64,000 bases of DNA from assembly GCF_036365525.1 (NCBI RefSeq), contig NW_027140825.1, forward strand, positions 1,364,001 through 1,428,000, read 5' to 3'. This document shows positions 47,639 to 60,830 of the stretch, in pieces. The translations under genes and the position numbers were made by a program. The DNA comes from Heterodontus francisci. Its lineage: Eukaryota. The notes under the pieces are model-generated. The model saw only the letters and a list, made by a program, of their open reading frames with translations, was not told where the DNA came from and ran no database searches. The number at the start of each line of letters is the position of its first letter. The first letter of the stretch is position 1.

Positions 47639-47974
47639 GGTTTTTGTTTTAGGAAATTTAGGAAATTGGGTCTTTGACCGAATTTCCTACGAGAACCTGG
47701 ATCTATAAAACTGTGAAATAAACTAATGGAATCTACATGCTTGCAAGTGGGTGGAATTATTAAAGTGTTAACATCATATTAGTAACACTTGGGCACCCAA
47801 ACTAGGGAACAGGTTAAAGACTTCACTATCTTCTATCAAATGATTGATTGCTGATTTCACAGTTTTATTGAGATCATTAATCAGTTGATCAAATGTAGAA
47901 GTGTGATTGGGACACAATTTTAACCTACTCAGCGCCAGAAGGAAAATAGCAAAGGTGGTGAAGTTGAAAGGGAT
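47639..47974 (-). pseudogene. TRBV relic: leader (ATG>ATC) and intron with V exon deleted, nonamer retained
   Basis: 47670-48280 is paralogous to 45000-45680. Leader relic at 47929-47974. GTGAGGGTTTTTGT nonamer context at about 47634-47647. Confidence 0.75.
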
Positions 47975-48734
47975 GTTTGGTGCAGATCTGAGACACTTTC
48001 TGCTGGTTACTCTGGTTTAAGGGTGAGAGGCAGTTGTAGTTCCCCTAGTGCAGAACGTCATTGAGATGGTCCCCGCCCCTACTTTTTAAGTTGTCCCCCA
48101 TTCTTTTGTTTGCTTCCTTCCGCCCCTTTCCACTTGTTTCTTCTCTCCATTCCCCCCCCCCCGCCCCTTGCACCCCACTTTCTACTCTGCTGCAAATATC
48201 TTCACAAGCCTTTGTGAGCTTGCTTTCATGCCGAGGCGAGGGGAATTCTGAAGGTAGCGAGGTGTTGGAGAGGGTAGGTGAAAAAAACAAGGGGCGGTGC
48301 AACGATAGCTGCTTTGGGTGACTCCAGAGGTTATGGTGCAGAACAGGCGATTATTCACATCCTTTTGCAAATTAAAATCAGTAGTGGAGGAAAAGAAGGT
48401 GGATAGTTCGATGGCCTCGGAGGCGGCTCATATAACATCACTGTAAAGTGGAAATCGAACTGCGTTTAGCCTTTAAAGTGAAAAGATTGCAGAAGCAGAG
48501 GAATTGACTCATTGATCAGCGGCGCCAAAGCCTGTGGTGGCGCGAAATATAGTGGAGCCACTGCGCCGACCAGTGGCAGCATGGCGCAACTGCAACAAGC
48601 TGTGTTTGTTACTTTCCCAGTGAAACCCATGCTGTGGGCTTCTTCAAGTCAATTCCCGAAATTCATCCTCCTTCTCAGTGTTTCATCCTCTCCTGCAGAG
48701 GATTATTACCCGCAGAATTAACGATACAAATTCA

Positions 48735-49095
48735 GTCTTTGTCCTAATTTCCTTCCAGTATCTGTACAGATGTAAAGCAGAATAGTGAAATCTACATGAG
48801 TAGAAGTGGGTGTAGATATTATATGGTTAACAGTATATTCTTCACAATTTTGTTGCCAAAAAAGGTTGAACAGATTAATGAGTTCACTATCTTATATTCA
48901 ATAATTGATTGCTGATTTCACAAGTCACCGCCGCACAGTCTTGTTGAGCTCATTAAGCAGTTGATCAAATGTAAAACAGTAATTGTGCCAGAATTTAAAC
49001 ATACTCAGCGACAGAAGGAAAATAGTAAACGTCGATGAAATTGAATGGCATGTTTGCGGCGGATCTAAGACACTTTCTGCTGGTTGCTCTGGATT
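48735..49095 (-). pseudogene. Orphan TRBV leader (49005-49051, frameshifted) plus intron relic
   Basis: Paralog of the 45283-45328 leader, 47 nt instead of 46. No V exon downstream. Confidence 0.7.
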
Positions 49096-49109
49096 TAAGG
49101 GAGCGAAGC

Positions 49110-50591
49110 TGAGGGAGGAATCATTAATGGGATTAGCATCCATGAAAGTTGATAAATCACCAGGGCAGGATGAAATGAATCCTAGGCTGCAAAAAGAAGC
49201 AAGAGAAGATATAGCAGAGGATCTGACCATCTTTTTGCAGTCCTCACTGATTACAGGTGTGGTGCCGGAGGATTGGAGAATTGTTAACGTTGTGTCTCCG
49301 TCTAAAAAGGGAGAGAAGGATAGACTGACTAATTACAGGCCAGTCAGTCTGACCTCAGTAGTGAGCAAATTATTGCAATCTATTCTGGGAGACAGGATAA
49401 ACTGTCACTTAGAAAGGCACAGATTAATCCAGGATAGTCAGCATAGATTTGTTAAGGGATGAACTTGTTTGATCAATTCGATCGAATTTTTTGAAGAAGT
49501 AACAAGGAAGATAGATGAGGGTAGTGCAGTTGACGTGGTCTACCTGGATTTTAGCAAGGCTTTTGAAAAGGCTGCACATGGCAGACTGGTTCAAAAAAAC
49601 AAAATCCCATGGGATCCAGGGAAATGCAGCAAGGTGGATACAAAATTGGCTCAGTGGCAGGAAACAAAGGGTAATTGTTGATGGTTGTTTTAGCGACTGG
49701 AGGGCTGTTTGCAGTGGCGTTGCACAGGGCTCAGTATTGGGTTCCCTGCTTTTTGTGGTATTTATTAACGATTTGGATGTAAATGTAGGGGGGCATAATC
49801 CAAATGTATGTAGACAACACAAGGATTAGCCGTGTGGTAGATCGCATGGAGGATTGGTGTAGGCTGCAGGAAGATATTGATGGTCTTGTCAGATGGGCAG
49901 AAGAGTGGCAAATGGAATCCAACTTGGAGAGGTGTGAGGTGATGCATTTGGGGTGGTCAAACAAGGCAAAGGAATACACGATTAATGGGAAAATACTGAG
50001 AAGTGCAGAGGAAGTGAGGGACCTTGGAGTGAATGTCTACAGATCACTGAAGGTAGCAGGACAGGTCGATAAGGTGGTTAAGAAGGCATATGGAATCCGT
50101 TCCTTTATTAGCTGAGGTACAGAATACAAGAGCAGGGAGGTTATGCTGGAACTGTATCACTCATTGGTTGGGCCACAACTTGAGTACTGTGTGCAGTTCT
50201 GGTCACCTCATTGCAGAAAGAATGTAATTGCACTAGAGAGGGTACAGAGGGGATTTACGAGGATGTTGCCAGAACTGGAAAATGGAGCTATGCGGAAAGA
50301 TTGGATAGGCTGGGGTTGTTCTCCTTGGAACAGAGAAAGCTGAGGGGAGGTCTGTTTGAAATGTGCAAAATATTGAAGGGGCCTGGATAGAGTGGAGGTG
50401 AAGGGTCTATTCATCTTGGCAGAGAGATCAGTGACGAGGGGGAAGAGATATAATGTGATTGGTAGAAGAATTAGAGGGGAGATAAGGAAAGCCTTAGAGG
50501 GTAGTGGGTGTCAGGTACTCAAAGCCTGAAAGGGTAGTTGAGGCAGACACTCTCAACTCATTCAAAGGAGTCTGGATATGCACCTCAAGTG
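49110..50591 (+). mobile_element. Older degenerate CR1 LINE (host of the nested insertion, 3' end resumes 53484-53620)
   Basis: Frameshifted RT fragments (DKSPGQD, NYRPVSLTS, YLDFSKAF, YCVQFWSP). Confidence 0.92.
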
Positions 50592-53483
50592 TCACAGAGG
50601 ACAGATGGGCACGGAGAAGGGTTAAAGTGCGTATACTTCAACGCAAGAAGCATCAGGAATAAGGTGAGTGAATTGAAGGCGTGGATGGGCACTTGGGACT
50701 ACGATGTTGTGGCCATCACTGAAACGTGGATAGGTGAGGGGGAGGAATGGTTTTTGGAGGTACCTGGTTATAGATGTTTTCATAAGATTAGGAATGGTGG
50801 TAAAAGAGGTGGGGGGGTGGCATTGTTAGTTAGAAATAGTGTAACAACTGCTGAAAGTATTTTCGAGGAGGATCTGCCGACTGAGGCACTGTGGGTTGAG
50901 GTCAGGAACAGGAAAGGAGCAGTCACCTTGATGGGAGTTTTCTATAGGCCCCCCAATAGCAGCAGGGAGGTGGAAGAGCAGATTGGGAAACAGATTTTGG
51001 AAAGGAGCAGAAGTCACAGGGTAGTAATTATGGGGGATTTCAACTTCCCAAATATTGATTGGCAACTCTTTAGATCGAATAGTTTGGATGGGGTAGTGTT
51101 TGTGCAGTATGTCCAGGAAGCTTTTCTGACTCAGTATGTAGACTGCCCGACCAGAGGGGAGGCAATATTGGATTTGGTACTAGGTAATGAACCAGGGCAA
51201 GTGATAGAGCTGTTGGTGGGCGAGCACTTTGGAGATAGTGATCACAATTCTGTAGCATTCACTGTGGTAATGGAGAGGGATAGGTATGTGCAACAGGGCA
51301 AGGTTTACAATTGGGGGAAGGGTAGATATGATGCTGTCAGGCAGGAACTGAGGAGCATAAGTTGGGAGCATATGCTGGCAGGGAAGGGCACGGTCGAAAT
51401 GTGGAACTTTTTCAAGGAGCAGATAGTAGGGGCCATTGATAAGCATGTCCCTGTCAGACAGGGAAGGGATGGTCATGTGAGGGAACCGTGGTTGACAAGA
51501 GAGGTTGAGAGTCTTGTTAGGAAGAAGAAGGATGCGTATATAAAGTTGAGGGAAAAGGGCACAGGCATAGCTCTGGAGGGATACAAGATGGCCAGGAAGG
51601 ATCTGAAGAAAGGGATTAGGAGAGCTAAGAGAGGGCATGAAAAATGCTTGGCGGGTAGGATAAAAGAAAACCCCAAGGCCTTTTACGCGTATGTCAGAAA
51701 TATGAGGATGACCAGGGGGACCATAGGTCCGGTCAAGGACAATAGCGGGAGACTGTGTGTTGAGCCGGAAGAGATAAGTGAGGTTTTGAATGAGTACTTC
51801 TCTTCGGTATTTACGAATGAGAAGGGGTGTATTACTGAAGAGGACGATGTGAAACAGATTGGTAAGCTCGAGGAAGTGCTCGTTAGGAGGGAAGATGTGT
51901 TGGGGTTTTTGAATAACTTGAAGATAGACAAGTCTCCCGGGCCTGACGGGGTATATCCAAGGATGTTATGGGAAGCAAGGGATGAAATTGCAGAGCCGCT
52001 GGCAATGATCTTTTCATCTTCTCTGCTGACGGGGGTGGTACCAGGTGATTGGAGGGTGGCAAATGTTGTGCCCCTGTTCAAGAAAGGGAATAGGAACAAC
52101 CCTGGGAATTACAGGCCAGTTAGTCTTACTTCGGTGGTAGGCAAGTTGATGGAAAAGGTGCTGAGGGATAGGATTTCTGAGCATCTGGAAAGACACTGCT
52201 TGATTCGGGACAGTCAGCACGGTTTTGTGAGGGGTAGGTCTTGCCTCACAAGCCTGATTGAATTCTTTGAGCAGGTGACCAAGCAAGTGGATGAGGGTAA
52301 ACCAGTGGATGTGGTGTACATGGATTTTAGTAAGGCATTTGATAAGGTCCCCCATGGTAGACTTATGGAGAAAGTCAGGAGGCATGGGATAGTGGGGAAT
52401 GTGGCCAGTTGGATTAAGAATTGGCTAACTGATAGAAGGCAGAGAGTGGTCTTAGATGGTAAATACTCAGCCTGGAGCCCAGTTACCAGTGGCGTGCCGC
52501 AGGGATCAGTTCTGGGTCCTCTCCTGTTTGTGATTTTTATTAACGACTTGGATGAGGAAGTCGAAGGGTGGGTCAGTAAATTTGCAGATGATACAAAGGT
52601 TGGTGGAGTTGTGGATACCGAGGAGGGCTATTGTCGTCTGCAAAGGGACTTGGATAGGTTGCAGTGCTGGGCTGAAAAGTGGCAGATGGAGTTTAACCCT
52701 GAAAAGTGTGAGGTCGTCCATTTTGGAAGGACAAACATGAATGCAAAATACTGGGTTAACGGTAGGGTTCTTGGGCATGTGGAGGAGCAGAGAGACCTTG
52801 GGGTCTATGTGCATAGATCATTGAAAGTTGCAACTCAAGTGGATAGGGCTGTGAAGAAGGCATATGGGGTGTTAGCGTTCATTAGCAGAGGGATTGAATT
52901 TAAGAGCCGTGAGGTGATGATGCAGCTGTACAGGACCTTGGTAAGGCCTCATTTGGAGTACTGTGTGCAGTTCTGGTCGCCTTATTTTAGGAAGGATGTG
53001 GAAGCCTTGGAGAGGGTGCAGAGGAGATTTACCAGGATGTTGCCTGGAATGGAGAATAAGTCTTACGAGGAAAGGCTGAACATTCTAGGCCTCTTCTCAT
53101 TAGAAAGGAGAAGGATGAGGGGTGACATGATAGAGGTTTATAAGATGATCAGGGGAATAGATAGGGTAGACAGTCAGAAACTTTTTCCCCGGGTGGAGCA
53201 AAGCGTTACAAGGGGTCATAAATTTAAGGTGAAGGGTGGGAGATATAAGGGGGATGTCAGGGGAAGGTTCTTTACCCAGAGAGTGGTCGAGGCATGGAAT
53301 GCCTTGCCCGGGGAAGTTGTTGAGTCAGAAACTTTAGGGACTTTCAAAAGGCTTTTGGATAGGTATATGGATAAAGGAGAATGATGGGGTATAGATTAAA
53401 TTGTCCTTGACAGAGGACAAAGGATCGGCACAACATTGTGGGCCGAAGGGCCTGTTCTGTGCTGTATGTTCTATGTTCTATGT
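50592..53483 (+). mobile_element. Young 5'-truncated CR1 LINE with open ORF2 (APE endonuclease + reverse transcriptase)
   Basis: Open frame to 53384 with YFNARSI, GDFN, SDH, GVPQGS and FADD motifs. (ATGTTCT)n tail. TCAAGTG direct repeat at 50585-50591 and 53484-53490. Confidence 0.97.
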
Positions 53484-54077
53484 TCAAGTGCCGTAATCTG
53501 CAGGGCTATGGACCAAATGCTGGAAGGTGTGATATGAATAGGTGGATTGTTTTTCGGCCGCCACCGACACGATGGGCCAAGTGGCCTCTTGCTGTTCCTT
53601 AAACTTTCTATGATTCTATTGGAGTGATAGAGTGTGTGTGAAAGTGCCAAGGAATGAGCGAGAGACATAGTGCGAGACAGAATCAGAGAGGATGATATGG
53701 TGAAAAACAGATAGAGTAAAAGAGAGGCAGTGATAGAGATAGATGGAGAAAGGGAGAAAAAGATCTCTGTCTGTTTATCTATATAGCTATCTATCTATCT
53801 CTGTAGCTATCTGTCTATCTTTATCTCTATCTATCCAGCTGCATGGCTGTGTGTCTGTCTGTCTATCTGTGTCAATTTGTCTTTCTATCTGTATGAATCC
53901 ACCTGTCTGTCTTCATATCTACCTATCTTTTGTCTGTCTGTCTTCATATCGACCTATCTGCATATCTGTCTGTCTAACAATCTATTTGACTATTTGTCCA
54001 TCTATCTGTCTACCTATCTGTCTGTCTATCTATCAATCTGTCTACACATCTGTATTTCTATCTATCTATCTGCCTGA

Positions 54078-54136
<59 letters not shown>

Positions 54137-54479
54137 ATGTCTGCCTGTCTGCCTTCCTAGCTATCTATCTGCCTGTCTATGCTGCCTATGGCATGGTACT
54201 GTACACCAGTTGGCTTCCGTGTTTTAAGTACACTGCTATCTGAAATTACCTAGCAAACCCTTCAGTTATCTACAAGGCAACACACACCTTCTCCAGGGCA
54301 ATGAGTGATGTTGAATAACTACTGGCCTTCTCAGAGGGACCCAGCTCCCCAGAATGAATTTTAAAAAATCAAAGCAAGAGAAGAAGTTGCAGAGGATCTG
54401 ACTATCATTTTCCAGTTCTTAATTGGCTGTTAACTGTTTTGGGGCGTCTTGAAGTCCTGGAAGACCTGATATAATTGTT

Positions 54480-55010
54480 TTTTCTTATTCGTTCATGGGA
54501 CGTGAATTTCTTTCGCAAGACCAGCAATTGTTTGCCCTTGAGAAGGTGGTGATGAGCTGCTTTCTTGAAACACTGCAGTCCATGTAGGGTAGGTACACCC
54601 ACAGTGCTGTTAGGAAGGGAGTTCCATGATTTTTACCCAGTGACAGTGAAGAAACGGCGATATAGTTCCAAGTCAGGATGGTGTGTTGCTTGGAGGGGAA
54701 CTTGCAGGTGGTGGTGTTCCCATGAGTCTACTGCCCTTGTCCATCTGGTGGTAGAGTTGGTGGGCTTGGAAGGTGCTGTCTAAGGACACTCGATGCGTTG
54801 CTGTAGTGCATCTTGGAGATGGAACACACTGCTGCCACTGTGGTGAAGGGAGTGAGTGTTGAAGGTGGTAGATGGGGTACTGAACAACCGGGCTGCTTTG
54901 TCCTGGATGGTGTTGAGCTTCCTGAGTGTTGTTGGAGCTGCATCCATCCAGGCAGGTGGACAGTATTCCATCACACTCCTACCTTGTGCCTTGTAGATGA
55001 TTGATACTCT
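54480..55010 (-). mobile_element. Non-LTR retrotransposon 3' fragment (same family as 1345-1750)
   Basis: IYKAQGRSVMEYCP..IQDKAARL..FKKAAHHHLLKG. Confidence 0.8.
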
Positions 55011-55019
55011 ATCCATCAC

Positions 55020-55190
55020 TTCACAATGGCGATGTAAACTATCTGTCTTATTTAGATCATTAATTAAACTTCTAATTAATCAAGTATAGGAAGTGACTGT
55101 GACTCAGTTTTAACATACTCAGTGCCAGAAATTAAACAGTGTAGACGAGGACTTTGAAATTTTGCAGGGGATCTGAGGCACATCTCTTTC
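55020..55190 (-). pseudogene. Decayed orphan TRBV leader relic
   Basis: taacatactcagtgccagaa...gatctgaggcacat matches the same leader family. No ATG and no V exon. Confidence 0.5.
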
Positions 55191-55399
55191 TTTCCTTCTC
55201 TCTCTTCCTCATACCTTCTGTCATTCCCTGTCATTCAGCCCTTGATGAAGGTTCTGGAATCCGGGAATCACCAGCTTGGAAAACGGCCGGTGAGGCAGGG
55301 AGAGACATTAACCATTGTCACTGCTCCTGTATGTCAGTCAGTTGTTTTGTTCACCCTGTTGGTTTTTGTACTGGCACTAAGGCAGTCTGCAGCGCTGTG

Positions 55400-56215
55400 C
55401 TCACTGGCTGCACAGTAATACACGGCCGCATCCGCAGCCTTAACCTTGAGGACCCTCAGGCTGCATCGTTTGTCCTCGGGCCTTAAAATCTTCACCTCCT
55501 CTTCAAATTTTCCTTCGTACGTGGGTGAGCTTCCAGTGTAAGAATAGCCCATTAGGGTGAGCTCCTGCCCGGCATACTGCCGATACCACATCATAATGCT
55601 CTTACTACTGTCATTCTGGTAACAGTTTAATTCTGCTGGCTCGCCTCCTTTCACTGCCACCAGAGTTGGCCACTGGTGTATCACCTCTGCTAAAGTTTTG
55701 CCTTGAGAAATAAGGAGAATAGTTAAAAAAGTTTGGAACATATTGTGACATATGATAACCAACTATAACTATCCAAACAGATAAGTAGATAATACTAGAT
55801 AACTATATAGGCAGACAATAAATAGTTAAATGATATATTTGTAGATATATAGATAATAAACAGATAGATATCGTGACTGAAAAATAATGGAGCAAGTGAT
55901 ATGAGAGAGACAAATTAACCCAGAATGAGGGCAAACTTATCGGTTAAAGATAGCTGTAGTAGCGTCACGAATATATAAGTAACTTTCATTCAGTCAACAA
56001 TTTCATTAAGTAAATATTATTTACAGTGAAAGTAAAGTATGTAGTTTAAGAAATGACAGAAAATCGACTGCAATGATGTTTTATCAATCTAGTTTGATAG
56101 AAGTTAGTAGTGAATGAAAACACAGCATGTATTTTAGCAGAGGTATCTTTATGAACAATGAATACCTACATGGAAGAAGAGAACAGACGATTAGGAAGAG
56201 TTTGACTAACTGCAT
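55400..56215 (-). CDS. TRBV: TRBV gene (leader 56170-56215, V exon 55400-55701)
   Basis: Leader MQLVKLFLIVCSLLP. V exon EVIHQWP..C..MMWYRQ..DAAVYYCAASE. RSS CACAGCG-23-ACAAAAACC. Confidence 0.96.
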
Positions 56216-57410
56216 CCTGCAGACTGGGGGCTGAATCTGTTCATGAATCAATATCAGGCGGCTGAAGATAAAGCAGAGAGCGGAAATGACAGCTCTGGAA
56301 GCAGGGTTTCCTTCTGACCCCTCACTTCTGGGTATGACAGAATAATAACACCCACTGGTCGGAAGGAGCTTGAATAAGGAAATGCTTCCCGTTTGTATCT
56401 GGCTCTCGTTGCTTGTGTCTGATTGGTGTTGTATAGGGTAGCTCTTTCGAACAGCTGGGCCAGGCTCGATGGGCTGAATGGCCTCGGCTCTGCTGTATGA
56501 TTTTATAAATATATAAGACACATCAAGTTGCTTCTTTGTATTAGGCAGATAAAGATTTATTTCCCCTGGGCTAAACGACAATTCAAGGGTTATGTTTTAC
56601 ATTGGGGTGAAATCTTAGATACTTTGAAAAGCGACAATGTCATGAAGAAGTGGGTTAACTGTTTTAACCAGATGCTCAAACCGCCGTCAGGAGACAGGTG
56701 TTCCAGTGAGAGACCTATCTGGGGAGGTGTCTCACTTTTGCATTGCATGAATCATTGGGGACATGTACAACAGGGAGCTATGTGTAACTCTTGTCATAAA
56801 CCACCGACAGCTCATTCAACAGGACCATGAACCCACTTACCCCACCTCGGAATCTGTTTTTTACAGGTAGAGGCTGCCTTAACGAGAAGGATCTGAGCAC
56901 ATTGCTGCAGCATTTTTAATAATTCATAATGTATTGTTGTACTCTGTGTCGAAGGAGAGCAAGAAGATGAAACTGTGAGAGACAGAGATGACAAATATAT
57001 ATATATGATCGAGATAAATAGATAGATAAATGGTGCAAATAACCATAAATGGACAGCTAGATCGATAAATAGATAGATACAGATGGATTGATAGATACAG
57101 ATAGATAGATAGAGACAGAGAGACAGACAGACAGACAGGCAAACACAAAGATAGATAGACACAGATAGATTTATAGATAGATTGATAGACACATAGATAG
57201 ATAGAAAGATAGATAGACATAGATAGATACAGATCGATAGACAGATAGACAGATAGATAGATGCAGAGACGCACAAAGAGACACAGAAACTCGCAGATAG
57301 TCCGAGAGACAGAAAGACACTGAGATAGACAGACAGGTTTATCTCCCACAAGTGCTTTCCTCCTCCTTTAGAGTTTTTGCTGAACTCCGGCGCCTTTCTG
57401 AGTCACTGTG

Positions 57411-57709
57411 CTGACTCCAGGCACAGTAATACACGGCTGATTGATTCGCCCACAGGCTGGAGGACTCCAGGTGAAAATGGGTGTTGTCGGGTCTCCTGGC
57501 GGTGAAACCGTCCACCTCACCGGAGGGAATGACCGTTCCGGCAGAGGTGGAATAGAAAAGGTTCTCGGGCTTATGGTCCAGATACCACCAGTACCGGTAG
57601 AATGCGGAGCCAGCTACTGCTTCTGTGTAAATACACTGGATATTGACTGGACAGCCTGGGGAATGGGATATGGAAGCGGGAGACTGTTGGTTCAGCACGG
57701 CCCCTACAT
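57411..57709 (-). CDS. TRBV: TRBV V exon, second CAWS-family member (open frame but conserved Trp41 replaced by Arg)
   Basis: Paralog of 46155-46453 with FYRY instead of FHWY. RSS CACAGTG-23-GCAAAAACT. Leader uncertain (candidate 59057-59102, MRFCCCVVLTKSFHM). Confidence 0.88.
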
Positions 57710-57711
57710 CT

Positions 57712-57749
<38 letters not shown>

Positions 57750-60029
57750 TAGAGATACCCCCAGGGACAAGATTTAAATTGGACATCGGTCACGATGAGG
57801 GGACAGGCACGATGGGCCGAACGATCTCCTGTGTGCCCGAAATGTCCCGTGTTTCATTGTAAAAAGGGAGAGGTGGGAGAGGGAGAGATGCACAGAGAGA
57901 GAGAGAGAGACTCAGAGAAAGACATAGAATGATATAGAGTGAGAAAAAAGGAGAGAAGCAGAGACAGAGAGAGAGAGTAAGAGAGAGAGGGAAGCACACA
58001 GACAGAGGGAGAAAAACAGCAACAATCTATACATGGACAACAGACGTGAAGGAGCTCAGAGGACAGGGAGAGAGAGAAAGAGAGACAGAGAGAAAGGGAG
58101 AGTGGGAGGGACAGACATAGAGGTACATATATCGTTAGACAGAGAGAAAGAGATATGTAAATAAATATTGATAGATAGAGATTCTATATAGATAGGTAAT
58201 GAAATAGGCAGATATACAGATAATTGGATAACATAGATAGACAGATAGATACAGTGATGCATCGAGAGACAGATAAATGGACGGAGAGATAGATAGATAT
58301 GAAGATAGATATGCAGATTCATAGATAGATAGATCCAGAGAAAGGGAGATACAGAGAGATAGATGGTGCAATAGACATTCTGATAAATCCAGAGGTGTAA
58401 TGAACAACAATACTGTCATGTATGGGGTAAATATCACTCTAACACGTGCTTTTATAGTTTAGCTGCCAGTCTTAAAAATAAAGTACTGTTGTTCTGAAGG
58501 ATTCACTATCACACCATTTGTACAAAATGAATACATTTTATTTACCTTCCAAGCACTAATCTGCGCACGGGATACAGATGTCCACTCCCCTTTGTGTGAA
58601 GAAGTACTTCCTGACTTCACTCCTGAATAGCCTGGCTCGAATTTTGGGTTTAGACCACCTTGTTCTACCCCCGTGCCCCGCCCCCAACAAGAGGAAGCAG
58701 TTTATCTCCATCTCGCCGATCAACCCATTCAATCATTTTAAACACCTCAGTCAAATCACCATTTAATCTTCTCTACCCGAGGGAATAAAGAACAAGCAAT
58801 GTAAACATGTTGGGTGCTGCATTTCCTTCACACTTGATTAACTGATCAAAGATATTTTCAGATTCTCCGACCACAGGGAATCGATCATAGAATCAGAGAC
58901 TGGTTACAGTACAGAAGGAGGCCATTCATCCCATCGAGTCCATGCGAGCTCTCTGCAAGATCAACCCAGCTAGTGCAACTCCTCCTATCTCTCCTGTCAA
59001 TTCAATTTGTCGCCATAACCACCTGCAAATTCCTCTGCGCTGTTTCCTTCGCATACTCATGTGGAAGGACTTTGTCAGCACAACACAGCAACAGAATCGC
59101 ATTGTACAGAGAGACACAGAGACAGGAAAGGCACCGTCAGGATGTGTGGTTATCAGAGTGCAGCTGTAAATGTTTCAACATGTTCACGGATGCAGCAAGA
59201 AAAAAAAAACAGCCTGTTCTGTGGGTTTGCCCTGCACACATTTGTATTTTTCCACTCCTAGGCCTGAGGCAAAACAGTAGGTTAAAGGGTAAGGTAGCAA
59301 AGTGTTATGTTCCTGGGCTATTAATGTAAAGGCCTGGGCTAATAACCTGGAGATGTGAATTCAAATCCCAGCATGCTGGATTATTTCAATTCCCTTCATT
59401 AGATAAAGCTGAAATTGATGAAAAGCTGCTCTCAGTCATGGTGAACATTAACCTACAGTATTGGACAAAAAACTCATCGTCACTGAGATAAAGAAACCTG
59501 CCATCCTTATCCGGTCTGGCCTAAGAGGTGACTCCAGTCCCACAACAATATGGTTGATTCTTAAAAGGCCCTCTGCATTGGCCGGGCAAGACAGTCGGTC
59601 GTACAAAAGCTGTGACGGGAACAGACAGCAATGGGGGTTGGCTCATCGCCATCTTCTCAAGGACGGTGAGGTGGTGGGCACTGAATTCTGCATAACAGTG
59701 TCACAACCACATCCTGTGAATGAAAGCAGATAGAGAGATTGAGAAATATAATTGAATAGAGGCCTCAACACGGGTGTGTGTACACTGCATGGCCTGTCCT
59801 CACCCCCAGACACATCATCTGGTCTGTTTCAATCTTTCCCCTCACTGCTCTGTAGCTAACCCCAGCCTCCTCCATGCAAGCGATACATGCACAGTTACTT
59901 GGCTGAGCTCCCATCCAGCAACCCTCATTAACACTCCCGAGCAACCCTCCATCCTAAACTCCCACAAAATGCTCATGTGCCGGCTGTGTTATTTCCACCT
60001 ACTTCACCAATCCCTTTCAACACCCCTAA

Positions 60030-60830
60030 ATGTTGGTGTTGTTCTCCTGCTGAAGATGTTGTTGAATTTGTTGGTGTCTTCTTCCGACTGAAGTTGTTGG
60101 TGAACTTCTTGGTGCCTTCTTCTGACTGAAGTTGTTGTTGAATTAGTTGGTGCCTTCTTCTGACTGAAGTTGTTGTTGAATTTGTTGGTGCTTTCTTCCG
60201 ACTGAAGTTGTTGTTGGATTTTTGGTGTTTTTCTCTCCTGCTGAAGTTATTGTTGGATTTGTTGGGTTTTGTTTTACTGCAGCTGAAGTTGTTGTTGTAT
60301 TTGTTGGTGTTTTTCTCCTGCTGAAGTTATTGTTGAATTTGTTGGTGTTTTTCTACTGCTGAAGTTGTTGTTGAATTGTGGGGCTTTTTAACTGTTGCTG
60401 AAGTTGTTGTTGTATTCGTTGATGTTTTTTCCTGCTGATGTTGTTGTTGAATCTGTTGGTGTTCTTTACTGCCTGCTGACTTTGTTGTTGAATTTTTTGG
60501 TGTTTTTCTCCTGCTGAAGTTGTTGTTGTATTCATTGATTTTTTTTCCCCTGCTGTAGTTGTTGTTGAATTTGTTGGTGTTCTTTAATCCCTGCTGACTT
60601 TGTTGTTGAATGTTTTGGTGTTTTTCTCCTGCTGAAGTTGTTGTTGTATATGTTGAATTTTTTTTCCCGCTAATGTTGTTGAATTTGTGTGTTTTTCTCC
60701 TGCTGAAGTTGTTGTTGTAATCGTTGATTTTTTTTTTTCCTGCTGAAGTTGTTGAATTTGTTGGTGCTTTTCACCTGTTGAAGTTGTTGTTGAATTTGTT
60801 GGTATTTTTCTTGAATTTGTTGCTGTTTTA
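60030..60830. repeat. Approx. 38-bp GT-rich minisatellite (CTGCTGAAGTTGTTGTTGAATTTGTTGGTGTTTTTCTC)
   Basis: About 20 degenerate units. Confidence 0.92.

Noticed and set aside
48480-48720. GC-rich segment downstream of an orphan leader, considered as a V exon or CTCF cluster
   Set aside because: No Ig motifs or RSS, and the CTCF-like matches miss core positions.
53743-54243. Hydrophobic S/I/Y/L-rich ORFs (also at 3259, 3678, 56812, 58056)
   Set aside because: Translations of TATC/GATA and GA microsatellite tracts.
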